64,000 bases of DNA, from sequence record AJ697969.1. One strand, written 5' to 3'. The notes below the pieces were generated by a model. The model ran no database searches. It was not told where the DNA came from and saw only the letters and a program-made list of their open reading frames with translations. Of this stretch, positions 57,625 to 64,000 are shown piece after piece. Origin of the DNA: Pseudomonas phage EL. A program made the position numbers and the translations under genes. The stretch's first letter is position 1. Each line of letters begins with the position of its first letter.

Positions 57625-58701
57625 ATGGACAGTGTTGTACTTACCGAAGAAGACGGTAATGGTTATGAAATCCCGGATCTCCCTCATATCGGGATTGTGT
57701 ATGATGCGCTTAACGATACCCTGGATCAAGTGGATCGGGGTGTTGCAGGTACGGAAAGCCTGACCGCCTCCCAACAGTACCTGGTGGGTGCACTCGCTGC
57801 GAACCGACCTGGTTACTCGGTGACCGGTAACGAAGGCTTTATGGCCAATATCGGTGCAGGTCTTAAAGCCGCGTATGACTACGTGGTGAAGATGTTCAAG
57901 AGCCTCTGGGACTTCTTCTTCAAGCGTGATGTCTCTCAGAAGACCTCGGATGCTAAGAAGGAGATTGATGACCTCCAGACAAAACTGGAGGTGGTTCAGA
58001 CCGGGGGTAAGACGGAAGCGGAAACCCAGGAAGCCCTGCACTCCATGAAGGTCCAGGTTAAGGAACAGGCACAATCTGGCTTTAACATCGACGGGGTAGA
58101 CGCAGAAGAATGGGTGGAGAAAGAGACGAAGGCCTCCGCTACCCATGAGGAGAAGAAAGTCGCGGTTAAGACCCTGGCCAGAGAGCTTCCTAAGGTCAAC
58201 ACCCGGGGCAAGAAACGCCTCCAAGGTGTCATTGAGCGGATGATCAAAACTCAGCAATATTTGGTCAGTGTGATTGATATCGCCGATAAAGAAGCTCGGG
58301 AAACCCTGAATGAAAACCTCATGCGGGTAACGGACTCTATGAAACTCCTCCGCACCAATGTTCATCAGTCTACTGAGCAACTGAGTCGAGTGAAAGACGT
58401 CAAAGACCTGACGGCTGTACACAACGTCATGAACGGTGTTATTAAAGAGATCGATACCTTTAAGAATGCTGCTCAGGCCGTGCAGAGTGTTCGCGGCAAA
58501 ATGGCTGACAAGATTAAGATCGTTGAACAGCAATTGGCCGAGGTGGCTAAAGGTGGAGGTGACACCAAAGCGACTCAAGCAGCGCTGGATGAACTCCGCA
58601 AGATCATGAACTTCCTGGTTAAATGCGGTAAATGTATTACTAACATCATTGAAGACAGTGTGAAGCTCCAGAAAGCCTTTAATGGTGTCTTCGGGCTGTA
58701 A
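57625..58701 (+). CDS. hypothetical coiled-coil protein (358 aa)
   Basis: heptad-like K/E/Q-rich composition. Confidence 0.5.
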   Translation: MDSVVLTEEDGNGYEIPDLPHIGIVYDALNDTLDQVDRGVAGTESLTASQQYLVGALAANRPGYSVTGNEGFMANIGAGLKAAYDYVVKMFKSLWDFFFKRDVSQKTSDAKKEIDDLQTKLEVVQTGGKTEAETQEALHSMKVQVKEQAQSGFNIDGVDAEEWVEKETKASATHEEKKVAVKTLARELPKVNTRGKKRLQGVIERMIKTQQYLVSVIDIADKEARETLNENLMRVTDSMKLLRTNVHQSTEQLSRVKDVKDLTAVHNVMNGVIKEIDTFKNAAQAVQSVRGKMADKIKIVEQQLAEVAKGGGDTKATQAALDELRKIMNFLVKCGKCITNIIEDSVKLQKAFNGVFGL

Positions 58702-58712
58702 CCCTGGTAACC

Positions 58713-58752
58713 CTTACTACCCCTCTCCCCGTGAAGGGAGAGGGGTAGTAAG
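58713..58752. terminator. bidirectional hairpin CTTACTACCCCTCTCCC/GGGAGAGGGGTAGTAAG between convergent genes
   Basis: 17-bp perfect stem with 6-nt loop. Confidence 0.55.
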
Positions 58753-58757
58753 GTCTA

Positions 58758-60563
58758 TTATGCGGTGTCTTGCACGGGTTCTTCCGTATCGATGTTAATA
58801 CGGGATTTACGGTTACGAGCGTTCGCTTGCATCTCCTTAAGCAGTTCCTCTCGACCTGTTTCCACCATTAACCGTTCAAACTCATCCTTCAATTGATCTA
58901 ATTGAGGGAATCTAAACAAATCATGGCATAATCCAATGGCGTTCGCTTCTGCACTGCTCGCAAAGTTCACCCCAATCTGCCTGAACTTATTGCCGTCAGC
59001 GCCTTGAATCCGAAACACTTCCATTTGTGTGGTACGATTCCCGACGTTCAATGCCAAGGTCGCGTGAGGGTACGCACCTTCAACATCGATATCGGACGAA
59101 TCTGTACGCCCAGTGCTGTATACATCAGCGAGTCCATGGAAGAGCTGAGCGCCGACATCCGCATTCTTCTCGGTATCGAGTAACGCAATCCAGTTTGACA
59201 ACGGAGGCAGTTTATCAATAATGGATTGATCGCGTTTACGAGGGGTACTCCCCCACACAAACCCATACCGGCGTGCAAAGAAACTCAAGGTATCACTGAC
59301 CAACTTGGGTTGAGAGACGTAGTTAAAATACTCCGAATACTTCAACAACATAGGAAGTGACAATGACAAGTCATTGGTCTTCTCATTGATCTCTTCAATA
59401 ACGAAGTCATCCCCAATGTTGTACATGCAATACAGATACGGCCATTTCCGTTGCATGTAACGGTGCCACTGAGGCGTACCCGGTCGGATATGAGCACCTT
59501 CTTCGGTATACAGTTTACCCGGTACGTTCACATGCTTCGCTGCTCCTTCTAACGAAACATCAGGAAGTTTACCTTCAGACGGTTGACGCTTAATGCAGAA
59601 GAACGACATCGCGTCTAACCATTGCCAGGTGGCCATGGTTCGAACAGTGGGCCATTTCTCTTGAGGTTCCAAGGGCATTTTAGAACCGTCTTCCTTGACT
59701 TTGTGGGTTCTCCCTAAGTTCAGCTCGTAATACCGAAATTCCTTAGGAATACTGGGATCGCAATACACATCCTCCAATCGATACCCTTCATTCCTAAGGG
59801 CTTCCTCATTCTTGGTCATGTCGTATTCAGCATTCCAACTGGCGACCCAGTCCGGTTGCCATTCGTGCATCTTGTTGATACACGCCACCACCACTTGACC
59901 TGGGGTATCAAAGAGTTCGTATTGAACCACACACTGACGCCGTTTAAGGTGTTCACTCAACCACTTGCCTTCAGCGTCTTTAAGGTGCTTAAGAATCGTG
60001 GCGTCATCCGGTTCTTTAAACCAACTCCGTACGGCTGCAAAATACGCCTTACGCTTCATGGTAACCGAGGCCATCATAATGGGGTTACCGGGAGCATCCA
60101 TGTCGGTTTCAACGTCGTACGCTGCTACGGTAAAGGGTTCCTTCTCCTGATGTTCTCCATATTTCTTAAAGAACTGGTGTTTAATGTGCACCGGAGGGGT
60201 TTGGTCTAAGCCGAAGACGTAAGGACTTTCTTTAGCTTCCGCTAGACTGGCTTTATAATCTGCTCGTCCATAGAGCTGTTTAATCACATTAAAGGCAATC
60301 TGTGCCCGGGGAGCCTTGTACTCCCGACACCAGGATTCTTCAATGTAATCTTTATGCTGTTTGTACTTCCGTTTGTTCTCTTTAACAATGTAGTACGGTT
60401 GCTTATAATCCTTAATCGAAATAAACGATTGACTTCGACCACCATCTTCATGAATATTGGTGATCTTTACACACGTTAAATCACTGCCCCTGTTGAACCT
60501 GCTGACCGAGTAATTACTGTGTTTGCAGACTTTAGCGACAATGGGTGAAGTATTCTCGACCAT
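58758..60563 (-). CDS. family-B DNA polymerase, N-terminal fragment (3'-5' exonuclease domain plus palm motif A); C-terminal part presumably encoded elsewhere
   Basis: FTVAAYDVETD (Exo I DxE), YCMYNIGDDFVI (Exo II-like), SDIDVEGAYPHATLAL (motif A Dx4YP-like); no motif B/C before the stop. Confidence 0.5.
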   Translation of the reverse strand: MVENTSPIVAKVCKHSNYSVSRFNRGSDLTCVKITNIHEDGGRSQSFISIKDYKQPYYIVKENKRKYKQHKDYIEESWCREYKAPRAQIAFNVIKQLYGRADYKASLAEAKESPYVFGLDQTPPVHIKHQFFKKYGEHQEKEPFTVAAYDVETDMDAPGNPIMMASVTMKRKAYFAAVRSWFKEPDDATILKHLKDAEGKWLSEHLKRRQCVVQYELFDTPGQVVVACINKMHEWQPDWVASWNAEYDMTKNEEALRNEGYRLEDVYCDPSIPKEFRYYELNLGRTHKVKEDGSKMPLEPQEKWPTVRTMATWQWLDAMSFFCIKRQPSEGKLPDVSLEGAAKHVNVPGKLYTEEGAHIRPGTPQWHRYMQRKWPYLYCMYNIGDDFVIEEINEKTNDLSLSLPMLLKYSEYFNYVSQPKLVSDTLSFFARRYGFVWGSTPRKRDQSIIDKLPPLSNWIALLDTEKNADVGAQLFHGLADVYSTGRTDSSDIDVEGAYPHATLALNVGNRTTQMEVFRIQGADGNKFRQIGVNFASSAEANAIGLCHDLFRFPQLDQLKDEFERLMVETGREELLKEMQANARNRKSRINIDTEEPVQDTA

Positions 60564-60647
60564 TCCTTAACCCTGCATTTTATGATTGCTTTGGAGACTA
60601 TACCAATAGGGGTATAGGTCGGTATTTACAGTAGGAGTAACCCGTTA

Positions 60648-62009
60648 ATGTTGGACATGAGTTTTATTACCCGAAAGGTAGCGGGTACGGAGTTCATTGA
60701 GTTCCAGAATGCCACCTTTAAAGACGAATTAACCGCTTGTTTGGATCAGTACATTACGATTACTGATAAGCGTGTGGTATTATCCCCTGATTGCCAAGTG
60801 GACGTACTGGGACTCATTAAGAAACACACCGGCTTTAGCAACATAAAGCTGGAGTTGAACGACAGTGGTAACCTGTACATCGACGCGGGGTATTTCTCCC
60901 CGAACCATGTTCTGAACAACACGGGTACTGATGTGTTGATTCCAGCCTCTAAGACTACCCTGTATCGGTGGTTTGTGGAGAACAAGAACAAGATCTTTAA
61001 AGGAGGTGTTGATTACCGCTCCGGTAAAGTGACTGGTTCGTTCCAAGACGTCCCCTTGACTATTGGGATCAATGTCAACCTGCATCAGTTCTTCCCGTTG
61101 GATAAGATCACCAAATGGAAAGTCTCCATGGGGGGCGCGCTAGCGGGTGGTATTGCTCACGAACTGGGACATGCCTTTGGGGGGTGTGCGCTCCTGCTGA
61201 CTCACCTGGAAGACAACCTGGTAGCCCGAGCTGGCTTGGATCAGTACCGTAAAGCCACCAAAGCAGAAGAACGGGTGATTATCCTGAAAGACACCGCTGC
61301 TATTCTGGATGTCCCAGAAGCCAAGTTGGAGGAACTGAAGAGCTTTGCCGCCCAAGAAGATGGAGAGAACTACCTCCTCTACTACACCAAACTGCTCTCT
61401 CAACGGAATAACCGTCGTGCCCTGTCAGTTGGGGTTCCTGAGATGACCAGTGAAGTGATTGCGGATATGTACGCCATTCGTATGGGCTTCAGTAAGGAAG
61501 TGATTGCTGGGATCAGCGCTTTGGTGGACCGTGGTGTTTTTACCATCGCGACGGAGACCTTCCTGTTCGGTGCCGTTGCAACACTCTTCTTGTTTTGGCC
61601 TACAGCCGCTGTCACTATCATTGTTACCGGGGGAACGACGGCGCTGGGGGGTATGTTGTGGGGGGTCTTTGCCCTCAGTTCGGCCTTCGCGTATTTCCAA
61701 GCCGGGTATTCCGGGGTCTACAATTCCGACCACCGCCGTATGGAAGATGCTCTGCGTCAATTGATTGCTAAACTGAAAGCCAGTAAAACTGTTTCCAGTG
61801 AGGAACGGGTACGGTTGATTGACGACATCACCAAAGCCCTGGAAGCGGTTAAGAAACTTAAACCCTGGTACGACAACACTGTCCTCTACCGCTTTATTGG
61901 TTGGGTTTTCTCAGGCAGCGATTTCCGTAAGCAAGAAATCGAACACTTTACTCAATCCCTTAATAACCATGAACTGGCAGTCTTGTCCAGTCAACTGAAA
62001 ACGCTCTAA
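60648..62009 (+). CDS. putative membrane-anchored HExxH zinc metallopeptidase
   Basis: GGIAHELGHAFGG zinc-binding motif; C-terminal hydrophobic helices TFLFGAVATLFLFWPTAAVTIIVTGG / GMLWGVFALSSAFAYF. Confidence 0.5.
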   Translation: MLDMSFITRKVAGTEFIEFQNATFKDELTACLDQYITITDKRVVLSPDCQVDVLGLIKKHTGFSNIKLELNDSGNLYIDAGYFSPNHVLNNTGTDVLIPASKTTLYRWFVENKNKIFKGGVDYRSGKVTGSFQDVPLTIGINVNLHQFFPLDKITKWKVSMGGALAGGIAHELGHAFGGCALLLTHLEDNLVARAGLDQYRKATKAEERVIILKDTAAILDVPEAKLEELKSFAAQEDGENYLLYYTKLLSQRNNRRALSVGVPEMTSEVIADMYAIRMGFSKEVIAGISALVDRGVFTIATETFLFGAVATLFLFWPTAAVTIIVTGGTTALGGMLWGVFALSSAFAYFQAGYSGVYNSDHRRMEDALRQLIAKLKASKTVSSEERVRLIDDITKALEAVKKLKPWYDNTVLYRFIGWVFSGSDFRKQEIEHFTQSLNNHELAVLSSQLKTL

Positions 62010-62019
62010 GGAGTTTATA

Positions 62020-62466
62020 ATGTCTCACCTCGCCCATGTAAACGATTACCGGGGTTACCTGACCAGTCAAGGGGTTACGTGCCCGTATGCGTTGACCACG
62101 GCCTGCCAGGAAGCCTACATCCGCGCCATTCTCAAACGCCATGCTCGTTCCCAGGACAGTTTCACCCTGGCAGAAGACGAAGAGAATAGCATCTGGGTGC
62201 AGCTCGATAAGTGGAATTCGGTGTATCCGATCAATGCTTCCTTCATCGTGGAATCGGTTAAACTCCGTCTGACCCGTATTCGCGGCTGTCTGATGAAAGA
62301 AGGTAAAACACCCGGTAATGCGGAATTCGATGTGTATCTGGATGTGAAGCGAACCTGTCCCGAGTCGGGTGACACCACGGTGGATAAACTCGATGCCACG
62401 GACAATGATCTGTTCTGTGAGCTGGTTCATTTCCTCTACAATGAATTGGTGAAAGGCAATGAGTAA
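62020..62466 (+). CDS. hypothetical protein (148 aa)
   Basis: ORF with AAGGAG RBS. Confidence 0.45.
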   Translation: MSHLAHVNDYRGYLTSQGVTCPYALTTACQEAYIRAILKRHARSQDSFTLAEDEENSIWVQLDKWNSVYPINASFIVESVKLRLTRIRGCLMKEGKTPGNAEFDVYLDVKRTCPESGDTTVDKLDATDNDLFCELVHFLYNELVKGNE

Positions 62467-63976
62467 TCCAGTGAGTTCGTATTTCCAATTGAGTGATCCG
62501 GTTGACGGCGTGCTCCCAGGTGATGATAAACAACTCATTGACCTGGATGAGTACTACGAAGAAACCGGTCAACCCGTGGTGGATGCGATGGTCCAAGGGA
62601 GTGAGAGCCTCGCGCTCAATCGCTTCTCTCGGGACATTGCTATCCAACTCAAACTGAAGAATGCGTATGAAATGGATCCTTTCCCAACGGAACGTAATGC
62701 CGTGATGGGAGCGGAAGGGTTTATCTCTACCATTACGGAAGGGTTCAAGAAGTTCATTGAAGGGATCATCAAGTACATCAAGATGGCCTTTAAATGGGTT
62801 ATGGAACACATTAAAGGTCTCCTGGGCTTCCGTAAGAGCGCGCGTATTAACCAGGCGATTAATGACTCCTTTGAGAACCTCCGGGAGGAGTTCCGTCAGA
62901 CCTTGAACGGTCTGGGCTTCCCAAGTGCGAATTACAACCTGGAGAAGTTCATTGGGGAGTTCCCTAATGCCACCGACCGCATTGGTCAACTGACGATCCT
63001 CCGTACAAAGTTCGAAACCGATGAAGAGAGTATCGAGGCTCTTCGTAAAGTCTTCCCACTCTTCGAACAAATCATTGGTAAACTAACGGAGGCTTCTGAC
63101 AAGGCAATACGTGCGTCTGAAAACCTTAAAAGGACCATCCGTAACGAATACAACGCTACCCGGGGTCGGGCTCACCTCCGAGAGTACGTAGACGGTGCGA
63201 ACTCCCCTGAGGTTAACCGAGTCCAGAAAGCGGTGTTGGAAACCCTGACCTTCGTTAAACCGGATGGTTTAGTGGAACAGATCGGTCAGCTCCTGGAAAC
63301 CCTCTACAAGGTGAAGTTCGAAAACGAGGCGTTGAATGAAGGGTTCCATACCGTCCGAGAGACCCTTAAAGAGAACATTCAGGCTCAACGGGTGAAGTTG
63401 ACTCGGGTGAACACTCCGGTGATCATGGATCTCGTTCAGCAGCTCAACGCAGCGTATCTGACGATCTCGGATAAGGCGATCGACATGTCTCGGATTCGTC
63501 TGAGTGAGTTGGGTAATCTGGTGGATGTAACCGATGCTGAGAAGGTCAAGAGCATTGCGGGATACTACCAAGTCCCTGGACTCCTCAGTGATTACCAGGG
63601 CGTGGCGGTTGCCATGCGTAACTTCAGCCAATATTGCCAATCTGTAACCAGTCAGCTGTTGGCGGTTGAAAACCAAGTAGCAGCGTTGGTGGGTTGGTAT
63701 CACCGTTCTCACATGTGGTATTACCATGGTCTGCTGGATGACATTGAAAAGCTTCGTGAAATCAATATCCAAGCTCGCGAGGCGGGGCACTCTCCTGTGG
63801 CGAATGCGGAGGGTTATCCGACATTGACGTTGGATTTTATTCCGGAAGCGGATGCAAAGACCTTCCTGGAGAAGATGAGTGGGACGATGAAAATCGTGAT
63901 TGAAAACGACATTGGTGAGCTTCGTTCCAAGTACAATGCCTTGGCACGACAAACTGGATGGGGGAGACCCGTATGA
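62459..63976 (+). CDS. hypothetical protein (505 aa)
   Basis: ORF overlapping the previous gene by 8 nt. Confidence 0.5.
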   Translation: MSNPVSSYFQLSDPVDGVLPGDDKQLIDLDEYYEETGQPVVDAMVQGSESLALNRFSRDIAIQLKLKNAYEMDPFPTERNAVMGAEGFISTITEGFKKFIEGIIKYIKMAFKWVMEHIKGLLGFRKSARINQAINDSFENLREEFRQTLNGLGFPSANYNLEKFIGEFPNATDRIGQLTILRTKFETDEESIEALRKVFPLFEQIIGKLTEASDKAIRASENLKRTIRNEYNATRGRAHLREYVDGANSPEVNRVQKAVLETLTFVKPDGLVEQIGQLLETLYKVKFENEALNEGFHTVRETLKENIQAQRVKLTRVNTPVIMDLVQQLNAAYLTISDKAIDMSRIRLSELGNLVDVTDAEKVKSIAGYYQVPGLLSDYQGVAVAMRNFSQYCQSVTSQLLAVENQVAALVGWYHRSHMWYYHGLLDDIEKLREINIQAREAGHSPVANAEGYPTLTLDFIPEADAKTFLEKMSGTMKIVIENDIGELRSKYNALARQTGWGRPV

Positions 63977-64000
63977 ATCGTGAAGTGTGTGAACTGGGTA
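63973..64000 (+). CDS. 5' end of the next gene (partial)
   Basis: ATGA overlap; runs off the window. Confidence 0.3.

Noticed and set aside
55028-58578. 450-aa and 533-aa minus-strand ORFs (55028..56380, 56977..58578)
   Set aside because: They are antisense to well-formed plus-strand genes that are each followed by plus-strand terminators. Their Leu/Phe/Arg-rich translations look like noise.
1-64000. Searched for tRNA genes, CRISPR arrays and rRNA
   Set aside because: No cloverleaf-compatible sequences with a GGTTCGAATCC-type T-loop in non-coding regions (the only GATTCGAATCC lies inside the tnpB coding sequence). No direct-repeat/spacer arrays. No rRNA-like stretches.

Overview
Dense, almost gap-free coding window of ~50% GC with a strong rho-independent hairpin-plus-T-run terminator at nearly every gene boundary, typical of a large virulent dsDNA phage. 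Several sequence-level identifications point to a nucleus-forming jumbo phage of the phiKZ / Chimalliviridae type. These are: a PhuZ-like phage tubulin (18714..19676); a large terminase subunit (11078..14344); fragments of two multisubunit RNA polymerases, each split across separate genes (beta' N part 28226..29668 + 31083..31274, beta C half 42362..44668, beta' C part 44708..47818, a second beta' C-like fragment 51558..52859 on the minus strand); a family-B DNA polymerase N-terminal fragment (58758..60563 minus); and an SbcD/Mre11-like nuclease. Codon usage is E. coli-like, which suggests an enterobacterial host (inference). The accessory content is unusually rich. (1) Three mutually homologous inteins interrupt the terminase P-loop, the RNAP beta' bridge helix and a DEAH helicase P-loop. 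Each is inserted immediately after a Gly-Lys codon pair at a similar DNA motif. Each begins with a non-nucleophilic residue (Gln/Ala/Met), ends in THN+Thr/Ser, and has a conserved Cys in the block preceding the C-terminus, which suggests class-3-like inteins. (2) A putative group I intron carrying an HNH homing endonuclease splits the RNAP beta' gene exactly inside the catalytic NADFDGD motif (exon 1 ends ...YNA + stop; DFDGD resumes 1.4 kb downstream; 5' exon ends in U and the intron ends in G). (3) An IS200/IS605-family TnpB (RNA-guided nuclease) element lies immediately upstream of the RNAP beta gene, with a ~170-nt structured tail that is a candidate omega-RNA. (4) A phage-encoded HslV/proteasome-beta-like Ntn-hydrolase is present. 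Other notable points are a 650-bp divergent noncoding hub with palindromes and polypurine mirror repeats, a recurring 'AACCTAnATTAT' upstream motif, a family of terminator stems sharing a TAGGGAG/CTCCCTA core, an RBS-sequestering hairpin, a Met/Gly/Gln-rich disordered tail protein, a membrane HExxH metalloprotease, and an extremely codon-optimised 670-aa protein (candidate nuclear-shell or capsid protein). All functional calls come from motif-level reading of the translations. No database search was possible.
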